NCBI GenBank assembly: GCA_013239625.1
Contig: MU053482.1
Coordinates: forward strand, 1,091,168-1,155,167
Reading direction: 5' to 3'
DNA from: Lama guanicoe
Lineage: Eukaryota
DNA length: 64,000 bases
Part shown: in pieces, positions 1 through 12,442 of the stretch
How positions within the stretch are numbered: the first letter of the stretch is position 1
Layout of the letters: every line of letters starts with the position of its first letter
Notes under the pieces: model-generated
The model's input: the letters and a program-made list of their open reading frames with translations, nothing else
Told to the model about the DNA's origin: nothing
Database searches by the model: none
Made by a program: the position numbers and the translations under genes

Positions 1-142
1 TCTTCTAAGATTGTTTCCGGTCAGGACAACTTTCTGTTCTTCCAAGATCAAGCACATTAGCATTCTGTTTCTAGTGAGCCTAGTTACTGTTGGAATCCTC
101 CAAAATTCCTATTAATTCCGTTTGATTTGGATGAAGTCCCTA

Positions 143-260
143 TTTTGGGGGGAGGGGGATAATTAGGTTTATTAATTTATTTTAATGAAGGTACTGGGAA
201 TTGAACTCAGGACCGCACACATGATAGGCAGGCACTCTACCACTGAGCTATACCCTCCCC
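143..260 (-). mobile_element. tRNA-derived SINE (camelid vic-1-like)
   Basis: Reverse complement reads ggggagggtatagctcagtggtagag...ctgagttcaattcccagtacc, with Pol III A and B boxes, an A-rich linker and a cctaattatccccc tail. The same element recurs six more times in the window. Confidence 0.88.
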
Positions 261-739
261 ACTGGATAAAATCTCTTTTATATAATGACCTAATATGCTG
301 GGCACATGGATTTTTTTCCAAAATTTTTCAATTCCAGAACATTTTAAAGGTTTTTACTCCAAATATATGAAAATCCCTGGATCCTCAAAATAGAAGGAAC
401 CTTGAAAGACCATCTCATCCATTTCCTGATTCATGTCCCAAGATGAACGTTCTATCTGTGCTTTTAAGTCTTCTCAGGTTTTCTTTGTAACACTTTGGTT
501 TTATAAAAATTTCAATTATCACACCACAGACTCCTGATCAGTTCTGTGAAGGCCCTGTGTAGTGCTGCCAGTCTGCTTCTGTCACCTGTTGGCCACCTAT
601 TGGCCTCACCTCCCAGCCAGTGCCACCATGTAGCACAGCCCAGGGGACACCAGTAATGTGGACTCAGTTAAGAGGCTTCACCTGAAAAAGCTCATCACTC
701 CGGCTCCACCGTCCTCTCTCTTGGTTGCTTCAGGATCCC

Positions 740-1115
740 CGCCTCTTCCTGCCCTCACACATGCTGTTCCCTCAGCCTGGAATGCTTTTCCTTTCCCTTT
801 GTCGTGTCTGACTCCTTTCAGCCTTAATGGCCCAGCTAAAATGTCCCCTCCTCATAGGCCTTCCTGACCGCCTGTCTGCAGTATGTATTCTTTCCTCCGT
901 TCCCTCCTGCTCTTTACTGTCTCACATGTAGCCTTACTTTCACTCTTGATAGGATTAAAATCTATTTCTGACTCTATGATTGTATGTTTATTGCCTCTGC
1001 CCCCTTGTAGGCTATGAGTTCTGTGAGCTCAAAGACCACATCAGCTTTATTTCTCCCTAAATATCTAACCCCTAGTGCAGCCTCGGGCACACAGTGGAAT
1101 TTTTCCATGAATGAC
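740..1115 (+). mobile_element. L2 3' fragment (ancient)
   Basis: Motifs catgctgttccctcagcctggaatgc and cctagtgcagcctcgggcacacagtgg resemble the L2 3' end. Confidence 0.6.
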
Positions 1116-1669
1116 TGACAGAGTACATGCGTCAGTATCAGGCCACTTTTCTCGTGTTCTGCTGACGAAAGTGGCAAAGCACCAAAAGTTTAAACTGAGC
1201 CGTGCCTATAATGGTGTGAAGCTGGTGGAAGGTCCCTTGTCCCAGGTCTCACGTTCACTAAGAGCCTTATGTTTAGACTTTTGAACTTATCTCTGTACTG
1301 AACAATCTGTAGAGTCACAGAAATACTCTGACAGAATTGAAGATCATTTGAGTCTTCTAAATTTGAGGCCAATTACTGGCCACACCTCCACTAAGTGGTG
1401 CACTAGGATTAAATGTTGTAATTACTCGATGGATATCACAGTTTTATTAAGCTATATGTGTTGTGTGTGGGGAGCATTGGTTAGGTGTAAACAACTTAAA
1501 ACGTACTTTTTTGAATTACTCATTTAGTTATTTCTTGAGATTTAATAAACTGACAGCTTCAAAAATGGAAGTTGCCTAGACCTCTCTTAACTTCCATGAA
1601 ACCCTGAAACCAGGTGTAAATGTATGTTTTCTCTACTGGGATTTAATTATCAGAAACTTTTATGTCCAT

Positions 1670-2090
1670 GGCATTCATATATTTACTCTAGACACATGTA
1701 TTAAACATTTGCTCTGTGCAAAGCTCGATATTATGTGCTAGTAATAAAGATAGAGGAAAGATATAGCCCTGGGTCTTGAAAGGCCCACAATCTAGTTGGG
1801 GAAATATACAAGAAAAGCACCAATTACACACATCAAAGTGCTCAAATTGTTTTTAGACGATTAATCTGGCAAGAGTGTGTCAGATGTGTGGGATGGGGTG
1901 GGTACCCATTAGAGGCAGCCAGTTCAGGCCTGTGATGATGAGGACCTGAAGTCAGTTGAAAGCAGTGGGAATGGAAAGAGGCATGAGATGTGAGCTATTT
2001 TAGAGAAAATGTTGGTCGACATAGGGTTATTTTAGTAATGGGGGATAAACTATTTGAATATGACACCAAGGTGTCCTGTCCTGTCTGTTT
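1670..2090 (-). mobile_element. L2 fragment (ancient)
   Basis: Degenerate antisense L2 motifs such as tattaaacatttgctctgtgc and agcagtgggaatggaaagag. Confidence 0.5.
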
Positions 2091-3095
2091 AACTTGGGAG
2101 GGAATGGGAGAAACAGGGCATGCTTTGCATTTGACCACACCTCTCCACTGGCCAAGGCCTGACGCCCGCATCTCCATTATATCACTCACCCTAGAAGCCT
2201 CTGAATCCCAGAACGAGAATTCCTCAGATTTCCATTTCCTCCTGCCCTTGTAGTCAGTTAACTGCACTTGTCTGTCTGCGACTGCCCCTTCTGTGTCTGC
2301 TTATAGTTAGGAACAACCCTCTTTCCTCTCCATCACCAGGGAAGATTCCAAGAAGGGAAACAGAGTCCCACTTCTTCCAAACTTCCCACTGTTTCTGGAC
2401 TTCCCTGTCTTGTCTTGAACTTTGTAAAGAGACTCGTGATGATTCTGAAATCACCATTTGCTTCTCTTTCCTCTCTATGGACCTCAAAGCCTTATCAACA
2501 CTGGTGCCCCAAACCAGAGAAGGGATAGGCCAAGTTTCACCTCTGAGGTGGGGTCCCTGAGATGAGGGAGGGCAGAAGAGTGTACATTTGTCCATGGTTG
2601 CAGAGGAAACCCAGCTGTGAGAGGCATGCCAGAGATTCTGGGCTCGGATTCTTATACAGAACCTGGACTGGAAGATGTGGGCATTTGTGAGGTGAGAGCT
2701 GCTGGGGCAGAAGGGCTGAAGATCCCATCCTGCTCAAGAGCTGGGAGCCGAGAGGAAGACTTTGTTAATTTCCCTGTTCAGGTCTAGAGCATCAGCTGGG
2801 AGGCTGAGAAGTACGAGACCAGGTTAAGTAGGCAGGCTCAACTCAAGTACCATCTTATCTGTGACAGTCTCCCTCTCTCTGACCTCTGGTCAGTTCCTGT
2901 CCCTCTCTGCCCTGATTTATACTTAGTGTATGACTGTCTCATCACCCCTGGCTAAGCATTCCCTTGAAGGCGGTGACTAGGCTCTGCCTCTCTGTGCCTT
3001 TCACCCTAGCTGACCCCTTGCTGTACACATTCAAATTTGTTGAGTTACAGTAATGTCCTCTTTCTGAAGATCCAGTGGAGGTAATTGGCTTTTTG

Positions 3096-3148
3096 GGTAA
3101 CAAGACTTTGTTCAGGTAACAAGATGGTTCAGGTAACAAGACTTTGTT
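3096..3148. repeat. Short tandem triplication of a 17-19 bp unit
   Basis: ggtaacaagactttgttca / ggtaacaagatggttca / ggtaacaagactttgtt. Confidence 0.85.
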
Positions 3149-6100
3149 GGGACTCAAATTAGGACACTGGAAGGGATTAAATCAAATTTGAGGAGAAGTG
3201 AGGAGGAAAGCCTTCTGCACATGAGCACCTGACTCTCCTAACCCTTGGCTGCAACTCAGCACGGCTCAGATACCTTCAGGCATGAAAGTGTGTTTTTGAA
3301 TTTGATGTAGGAAATCTGCTTTATTTGGTTGGTCATCTTTGAAATTTGGCTTTCTCCAGGCTCTGGTCTCCCAGCTCTGGTCTGGGATGGCCAGCTCCAG
3401 CTATGACATTTTCATTCCTGCCTGTTTCACGACCAGGAAAATGACCACCTCCTGCCCTGAGCAGGGATGGGAGGTGGAGGATGCTGCGAGCTCCAGCCCC
3501 AAGGCCAGCTTCTCTAAGACTGTGTTAAGTAGTACTTGCTTACCGAGGACACCCTCTCTCAATGTTCCTTCTCAGCCCCCATCCTTGGGGCCCCCCTCTC
3601 CATCCATTCATTGTGCCCATTAAGTCCTGAAAATACCCAGATACAGGAGCTCCCCAGACCTACTCAGGGGACTGTCTGCTTCAGACACAGACCCCTCCTT
3701 GCCAGACTCACTCAGTGGCATTAAAATTCTAGACCCTTACCCTGGGGAGCTATAGTTTACAGCACTCAGGTCCACCTCCACTGACCATATCCAAACCCCT
3801 CATCTGGGGGAGGGGAGCTCAGGTCACCATATTCTGCTTTGTATCTTTCCTCTCTCCTACTTTGGACTTGCTGTTTCTTCCCGCCTCTATTTGAGTAGCC
3901 TAGGGGAGCCATGGGGTATTGATTTTTCCATTTCCTCTACCTCATCTTCTCCTTCATGTCCCTGGGGCGGCCTCCCTGCTCTCCTTTCTCATTTCTCAGC
4001 CCAGAGATCTGCAGAGGTGATGCGGGGGTGGGGGGTGCTGGGGGGCTATGAGATCCCCTGGTTCTCGGGCTGCTCTGAGCTTCTCTGCTCTCTGCCCCCA
4101 GCTCCAGTCATCGCCCACTCTCTCCTGGAATGAGAACTATCGTGGGCTGTTACAGTCTTTGCCATCTGCTTTAAGCCACTACCTTACAAGTTGGTTTCAA
4201 CTGGTTTCCCAGTAGTAAGTGCGATTCTGAATTGGGAATGAAACTGGTCGTGTAAAAACATTTGCGTAGATGATGTATTCATGTCTGTGCTTGATTTTTG
4301 AAAAGAATCTTCAGCTCTGTTGGCATTTTGAATGGAGGCCTCCTGTACAGCTGGGTTCTGAGGGGCTGGGATCTTGCTTTGGTCTTTGAAGTACAAATGT
4401 CTCCGTAATGCCCTCCCCAGCCCACCCCCTCTACCCTCTGGCAATCCATTGTGCTTAGAAGAGCAGAGCAAGCAGGACTTATTTCTCTCCAGATTTCATG
4501 TCTAAGAAAGTGTACAAGTAAAACAGAATATGTTCCATTGCCCAGCAGCCAAGTTCATATCTTTTGAATTAAAATTTACATGGCAGGCTTAGTCCTACAG
4601 ATGAGGGATGAGACAAAATGTTGCTGGGATGAATTTAAAGCCAGGACTCAGATACGTCAAAGATAGGTTGTTATGCACAGCGAGTCTGCTCAGCAGCCAC
4701 CTTGGGGGAAAGTGAGAGCAGAGTGTCAGGGGTTGGCGCTGGTGTAGACACAGGTCCAGTGTTCTGTCGTGGACATTGGTGCTGAGAAGGTGTATCTAGT
4801 GGGTCTCAAAGGTGCCTTTCAGTGTTTAAACTGCACTGCTAATTAGGTAGTGCCCAGAATGACCCATCATAGGTGGGAGCTGAGTCCAGACTCAAGTAGG
4901 GCCCTTGTTTGAATCCAGCCTGGAAAGAAAAATCAACAACAGAGGAAGGAAGAGCTGGTATCAGCTGCTTATGGCCTCTGCACAGGGCTGGCTCCGTGCA
5001 GCTGCCTGCCAGACCCTTCTGCCCAGAGATCCTAATAGAGCAAGATTAAAGCCCTATTCTGGCATCACAAAGGTTCAACATCTAGATGAGGGACTGACCT
5101 GGCTGCACTAGCACAGAAAGCCAGTTTTAGGTGCCTAACAGCATCCCCTAACTATTCCTCACCCTCTGAAAAATCACAAGATACAGAGAGAACTTCAGGT
5201 GGTGGGTTTCTCTGTTAAAAGTTAACATCTCACAACAGACATTTTCAGACCACATCATTTCTGCACGTATGGGAATGTGTGTACCTGGGTGTGTTTGCGG
5301 TGGACTGTTGGCTGTGACAGATGCAAATGACAGCTCTGTGATTGTGCTCTCATTGTACCACGTAGATGATTAGCAGTCAGGAGGGAATTTTAGGATGATA
5401 AGGATTGTTCAGCCTAACAACATCTATATGACAAAGGAGAATAATTTCAAACATGTTTTGAGGTCTGTTAATCCCATTTTTACATCTTCATTTCATAAAG
5501 TAGTCTTAAGAAAGGAAAAGAAGACAAACTCAAATGTTCACTCTGCCTCTCCAACTATTTACCAATCCCTTAGTGACAGCTTGACTGTTCCCTTTCGCCT
5601 CTTGGTGTAGAGAGGCTGTATTAATTAAGTTATTAAGAAATTGCAGGAAATACAATATAAGCTCTGAACTCTGAGCCAAAAACAAACAAAACTAACCTTA
5701 AAGACACCTTCGTATGTGATGATGACTTCTCTCAGCTGGTGAAGATCCACACAAAATAAGGCAGGTTTCTGAGACAATTTCAGGGAAACTTTTAACCCAA
5801 ACCAATAAGCTTACTGGCTGAAGAGTAGAGTCTATTAGCAAATACTTAATTTGCAAATATCAGCGTCCATCCTTGTCTAACTGAATCTCCATATACCTTT
5901 ATAGTAGCTTACCTTTAATTTTTATGCCCTCAGTGTTTATTACAGAAATCAAACGTTTCCTCCTCATCCCTGATCACCCATGTGGTACAGCAGAAGCATA
6001 GTCACCGAGCTGGTCCTTGCATCTGTCAGAGTCAACGTAGTCTACTACAAGCAGACCCATCCTGCCATGTACATTTCCAAAGGAGCGAAAACCATTTTCC

Positions 6101-6610
6101 TGTGATGAAATGATTTGATTTGAACCAGTAAGAATGTGCATCCTTATAAGGCTAAAAGCCAGTGACAGGGGATTCTATATAATTTAGAGAAAGATCCATT
6201 CTTCTTAAGAGAACACAGAGCTGATGATTTTAATTTCAGGATATTAGATACCTAGGTGAATAATTTTATTTTTAAACCAGTTTGTACAAATCTTTACCTC
6301 CTACCAGCTGAATAAGCTTCTTTAATGGCACATGAGACGGTTTAGAAAGTGCATTAAACCTTTAAAGCTCCAAGGTCACTTGCTAGTAAGTTCATTTCCT
6401 GCTGCCAGGCCTCGATTTTGGGCTTCAAGCCTTGGGGTGCAGCTGACTCCATTGATGAGCGTTTTGAATTTAGGCCAAAAAAAAAAAGAAGGCCCATAGA
6501 TCTAAGCTTTTAACAGTGCGTAACAGTCTACCTACATCCCAGGCACACGTTTCTGAAAGACGCGGAACTAATGAGGTTATAACTTTGTTCTCTCTCGTTC
6601 TTCACTCAAG

Positions 6611-7157
6611 GCATAATTCTATCCGAAGACAACTCAACCTGTCAAACCCAGACTTCAATATCCAACAGCTTCAAAAACAGGAACAGTTGACTGGAATTGG
6701 GCGAATTAAACCGGAGTTATATAAGCAGAGGTCGCTGGATAATGATGATGGAAGAAGGAGTAACAGCAAAGCCTGTGGGAAACTGAACTTCATTTTAAAA
6801 TATGACTGTGACTTAGAGCAGCTCATAGTGAAGATTCACAAGGCTGTCAATTTGCCCGCCAAGGACTTTTCTGGGACTTCAGATCCTTATGTCAAGATTT
6901 ATTTGCTTCCCGATCGGAAAACAAAACACCAGACTAAAGTGCACAGAAAGACGCTGAACCCTGTGTTTGACGAAGTGTTTTTGTTTCCGGTTCCCTACAA
7001 TGACCTTGCGGCCCGAAAGCTTCACTTCTCTGTCTATGACTTTGACAGGTTCTCTCGTCATGACTTAATCGGCCAAGTGGTGGTGGATCACTTCTTAGAC
7101 TTGGCTGATTTCCCCAGGGAGTGCATCCTTTGGAAGGACATCGAATATGTCACCAAT
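6611..7157 (+). CDS. SYT9: Synaptotagmin-9 internal coding exon (linker + C2A domain), probably exon 3
   Basis: Translation HNSIRRQLNLSNPDFNIQQLQKQEQLTGIGRIKPELYKQ...GKLNFILKYD...AKDFSGTSDPYVKIYLLPD...YDFDRFSRHDLIGQ...KDIEYVTN matches SYT9 as I recall it. Acceptor is the pyrimidine tract ending ttcactcaAG at 6609-6610 (phase 2); donor is AAT|GTGAGT at 7158 (phase 0). All five canonical C2A Ca2+-binding Asp positions are present. Neighbouring exons are not seen in the window. Confidence 0.96.
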
Positions 7158-9882
7158 GTGAGTCTAACATCTCTTCATTTTGGGGGGCTTACTGGTCAGC
7201 ATACAGACAGATTGCTTACACCTTGTTTTATTTGCGGGAGGAGGCAGAGTACCAAATTCATGTTAGTGGCCATAGAGCTCTTGCTTCGAACCTCCTTGTA
7301 CCTTTCCATAAACAAATCTTTCATAATATTCATTTTGCAGTTTCCAAGAATTACTCATGAAAGCAGTATTAAAGAATATTGTCTCTCTTCTGTTTTCTAA
7401 TTCTTAGCTATTCCCTAGTAGACACTAGATATTTTCTGCCCTGTTTACCACATGTTCTTTAGAGCTCTCTAGGTTGGCTGTGCTAAGTGGGTCCTGGCAT
7501 CCTTTAACTATAATCTGCGGCTAAGAGACCACTGCCTGACTCTCTGAGAGCATTAAGCCCTTGCCATGTTCTCAGGTCAGCTCAGCAGCATTTCCCATGA
7601 TCAGATCTTCAGCTTTAATCCCAGAACTGAGAATGATTGAGAAGAGTAGGCACCACTTTATAAAATACAGAACCAAAGTTACAAGGAGGTCAGTCTGATC
7701 TATAGATATTGGCAAAACTAATCTATACAAGGTCAAATCCTATTTGGAGCTCAGGAGAAAGGGCGGAAGTGCTATGGAGTGATGCTATATATCTATGTTT
7801 ACATTTAACACAAGATTGCAGTGGAGATATTTTTCCTCCGTTTACATCCCTCTCACTATCCTGCAGAGGTGTATTGATGGTCCTGAAACAGAAAGGAAAA
7901 TTGGACTTTCTTAGGTGACTCTGATATTTTAAGGCCACTTGTTTCTTATCTCTGTCCAGATTCACTCAGGCAACTTTGTTAGCTCATCTGCTGAGGGCAA
8001 CATAGTTCTCCTCTGCCCAGTCATCCAAGACACTAAGCACCATAATCCTTACTCAGCTTAGATCGGCTTAGATGACCCAGCTTGAGTTTGGATTCCATTC
8101 ATGAAAGGCTCTCACTCTGTTCAGGAAGAGAAGAGAACACACAGAATCTCTGCCCAGTGACCAGATACCCACACTGATACTCTCTCATCTCAGCCCCTTT
8201 TGTGAACAGGGACTCACCCACACTTTGGCTGTTCCAAGGGACACCTTCTCTTCACAGCTTTGTGATGCCAGAGCCAGCTTTGTCCTGCTCCTCAGATAAG
8301 CAGAGTGTAGCATAGAGTTTTAATGGCCTGTATCATAACGATGAGGAAAGAAAAGGAGTTGGAGAAGGTGCAGAGAACACCAGGTGATGAAACTAAGGTG
8401 ATTTGGGTGATTGGGTAAAGCACAGACCTCTTCAAACCTGAAAGGTTGTAGTATCTGTAAACCCCAAAACAAATGCTATGGTAGGCAGTTCCCCACCGCC
8501 AAACTCAGGAGGCAGCATTATAAACTTTAAAGAAACAAAAGCGAGCAGGCTGCTGATACTAAAAGACGAATGGCTCAAGAATGAACCATCTCACTAGAGT
8601 ATTTACCAAGTCCCCTTGGATATCAGCTGAGACTCTACCGGCATCAGTGATGAGCCTTGGTAGAGAGAGGTTGGTCATGTCAGCTAGTGTGACATCATTT
8701 TGTATTTTGTGACTAATGCATTCCATAAAAGAGCTGGAGTGGTTATTAGAAATCTCAACAGGGATCCTGCTGTGAGTTGCCTCCTGGAGACTTTGTGGAA
8801 AGAGTAACACAAGTGCACGGTGGCTGATAGAAATGTAAGTAAGGCCGATCCCTGGTGGGGAGGTCTCCTAGAGCAGTTTCCCATGGGATGGGAGCATAGA
8901 AGGGCAGCTTGCAGAGGCCTTCTGGCCCTGGGATCACTGCCATTTAGCGCTCTCCTGTGACTAGTTTTCCATCCACTGATGGAGAATCCTGGATTTCCAT
9001 AGAGTTGAGTAGAATGTGAACCTATCAAGAAGGAAAACTGGTAAGGCCTTAAAATTCTCAGTTGTTTCCTCAGGCAAACAATAAATATTCTGAGCTTTGA
9101 TCTAGGTCTTTGGGTAGCCAGCAGGAGAGAGGAGGTCCTGAGAATGGAATTACAGGTGGTTTCATAATCTGCCGTTTTTTTAAATTGCATTTAAAATTTA
9201 TTGTATTTTGCTGTTTTGACTGTACTTTTTTGAATGGGACTTTGTACAGAGACTGAGAATGAAAGTGTGAGATTTACCAAGGTTTCATTTTTATAATGCA
9301 ACATGTATGTAACAGCGTCTGTAATGTACACATACAGATTAATGAGGGAATAATGAAATGAACAGATATGGCCCACCCCTCAGCTGAAGCGGAGAATACC
9401 ACCAGGTACTCTGGTGATGGCCCAGGGGTCGCCCTCCTCCATCGTATTCTCTCAGCCCGTCCCTGACAAAAGGAAATCACTATCCTGAATTTTATTTGTA
9501 AAGCAATATATTGTTCAGTTTTGTCTGTTTCTGCTTTTCAGAGCTCTTTTTTGACTTTTTTTCAGTCCACGGTGATTTTGACATTTAGCAATAGAGATGA
9601 ATGGAGCTGTGGTTCATGTATTTTTGTTACTGTATAAAATTCCGCTGTGTTATGTATACAAATTAGCTTTCTTGTGTTGATGATATTTGGGTTGTTAATT
9701 AGTTTTTTTCTGATTCTGAGTAATACTGCAGAACTTTTTGGTGCACGTCTCCTGGTTCACATGTGCAATAATTTCTCTAGGGTGTATCCCTGGTAAACAT
9801 AAGGTACCCATGCTTTCAAATTTTCTAGGCAATGCCTTTCTACCGTGGCTATACAGGTTGACCCTCCCATTGTGAGGGATGA

Positions 9883-9915
9883 CCCTAACCCTAACCCCAA
9901 ACCTAGCCCTAACCC
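9883..9915. repeat. Short interstitial telomeric-like sequence (CCCTAA)n
   Basis: ccctaa ccctaa ccccaa acctag ccctaa ccc, in register. Confidence 0.7.
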
Positions 9916-10459
9916 AGTTGCTAATGCTCTACATTCTCACCCACTCCTGCAGTTACCACACTGTTTAGTATGTGTGCATGCATGCACATAAAATGGTTTA
10001 TGATTTGTATATTCTTGGCTGCCAAGGTTGACCGTCTTTTGATAAGTTCATTGGTTACTCATATTACCTTTCTTGCTAAAGTTTGTTCAGCACTTTTTTC
10101 TGTTTTTTTGTTTGTTTGTTTGTTCTCTTTTCCTTGTTGATCCATATATGTTCTTTATACAGTCTGGATGTGACTCCTTTGTTGGTTGTGTGTATTACGA
10201 ACATTATCTTTATGGCTGTCTTTATACTCACCTGATGGTGTCTTTTGATCAATAGAGGTTCTTGTATTTAATGTAGTAAAATATATCAGTATTTTCTATG
10301 ATAAGTTAGCACTTTTGTGTCTTGTTTAAGAAATCCTTTCCTACTCTAGGTCATAAAGATATTTTTCCTATATTTTCTCTTAGACATTTTAAAGTTTTGC
10401 CTTTCCTAATTTTGATTTTAATTCATGAGAATGAAATGTGAAATGTAATATCGACATCC

Positions 10460-10831
10460 TGTATTAGCTCAAGCTACCATAACAAAATACATAGGCTAGA
10501 TAGATAGCTAAAACAGGAATTTATTTCTCCCAGTTTTGGAGGCTGAGAAGTCCAAGATCAAGGTGCAAGCAGATCTGGTTCCCAGTGAGAGCCCTCTTCC
10601 TGGCTTGCAGATAGCTGTCTTCTTGATGTGTCCTCGCGTGGTGGAGAGAGCAACCTCAGGTCTCCCTTCTTCTTCTTATAAGGATGATAATCTCATCATG
10701 GGGGCCTCACCCTCCTGACCTCATTTAAACCTAATTACCTCCCAAAGGACCCACCTCCAAGTAGCATCACACTATGGGTTAGGGCTTCAACATAGGAATT
10801 TTGGAAAGACACAAACATCCTGTCCATAAGA
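10460..10831 (-). mobile_element. MaLR solo LTR (MLT1A-like)
   Basis: Typical MLT1A motifs (ggaggctgagaagtccaagatcaaggtg, cctaattacctcccaaagg, ggcttcaacatagg). 5-bp TSD catcc at 10455-10459 and 10832-10836. Confidence 0.88.
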
Positions 10832-11751
10832 CATCCATACTTCTTTTTCTTTATAGATAACTAGTTTTCCAGTGTATTTTCACAGTAATCTGCAGTGAAT
10901 TGCTGTATAGGTTTCTATATCTGAGGAATCTGTTTCTGGATTCTCTTTTCTGTTGTTCTATTTGACTATTTCTACGAATAGCGCAATTTGCAAATTACTA
11001 TCCTTTATGATAACCTTCAACATCTGGAAGAGCAGACCATCTAGCCTTCTTTTTCTTCAGTTCAGTTCAATCTTGGCTGATACTTGACCTTTCTCATAAG
11101 TGTTAGAATCAGATTGTCAAATTAAAACTTCTTTCCAGGATTTGTTTGGACTTCTATGAAGTCAAAAGATAAATTTAGGGAAATTTTACATCTTTTGTGA
11201 TATTAAGTCTTCTATTTATGATCATAGTTTATCTATTTAATTCTCCTTTAAAGTCTTGCACTCAAGGCTTATAATTTTCTACATGAGGATGTCTTCCATA
11301 TCTTTTGTTAGTTTTATTGATAAGTACCTTATTTTTGTTATTTTAAATAATATCTTTTCTAAAATTGCATTTTCTAACTATTGGTGCTATATAGCGATAC
11401 AGTAAAAATTTTGTGTATTTATCTTCCATTTGGCAATTTTGTAAAAAATTCTTACTTATAATTTGTAGACTCTTCTGAATTTTCTTTGTCAGTAATCAGT
11501 CATGTGAATTATGATAGTTGTGTTTGTTTCTTTCTAATCTGTATACCTTTTATTTTTAATTTGTGCACAGATTAGGATTTCCCATATAATGCTGAACAAT
11601 ACTTATGGTACTTGTCATCTTGATTTGTTCCTTATTTTAAATGGAATGTCTCTAACATTTCCATTGAGTATGATTTTGCTATAGATGTAGTGTGGATGTC
11701 TTTATCATATTAAAAATATATCCCTGTATTCCTAGTTGACTAAGCCTTTTT

Positions 11752-12442
11752 TTAAATTGAAGTATAATTGACATACAATATTGTGTTAGTTTCAGGTGTA
11801 CAGCATAGCAATTCAGTTCTTTTTTTCTGATTATATTCCATTATAGGTTATTATAAGATACTGAATGTAATTCCCTGTGCTATACTATGCTATTGCTGTT
11901 TGTCTATTTGATGTATAGTGTTTGTATCTATTAAGCCCATAATCCTAATTTGTCCCTACCCACCCCTCTTTGGTAACCATAATTTATTTTCTATCTGTGA
12001 GTCTGTTTCTGTTGTGTATATAGATTGATTTGTATTATTTTTTAGATTTCACATATAAGTGATATCATATAGTATTTGAAGTATATGACTTACTTCACTA
12101 AGTATAATATTCTCTAGGTCCATCCTGGTTGCTGCAAATGGCAATATTTCATTCTTTTTTCTGTTTGAATAGTAATAACGTATCTTCTTAAGCCAGTTTT
12201 CTGTTGATGGGCACTTAGATTGTTTCCATATCATGGCTATTGTAGATAGTGCTGCTCTGAACATCGGGATATCTGTATCTTTTCAAATTAGTTTTCCCTT
12301 TTTTGTCCAGATATATATCCAGGAATGAGATTGCTGGATCATATAATAGCTCTATTTTTAGTTTTTTAAAGGCTACTCCATACTGTCTTCTATAGTGTCT
12401 GCACCAATTTACCTTCCCACCATCGGTGTCTAAGGGTTCCCT
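11752..12442 (-). mobile_element. 5'-truncated lineage-specific L1 (3' end)
   Basis: Antisense L1 3'UTR plus ORF2 end (track ORFs with PDVQSSTIYNSHDMET and KKNEILPFAATRMDLE). 16-bp TSD ttgactaagccttttt at 11736-11751 and 12443-12458. Confidence 0.92.

Noticed and set aside
185..260. tRNA gene (A/B boxes) here and at similar copies
   Set aside because: These are dispersed, diverged copies with A-rich tails and TSDs, which makes them SINEs rather than tRNA genes.
6516..7400. 294-aa ORF as a single-exon gene or extended SYT9 isoform
   Set aside because: It starts at GTG. Only 6611-7157 matches SYT9 and that part has canonical splice sites. The flanks are intron read-through with no supporting evidence.
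8684..9190. 168-aa minus-strand ORF
   Set aside because: No recognisable homology or gene structure; consistent with a chance intronic ORF.
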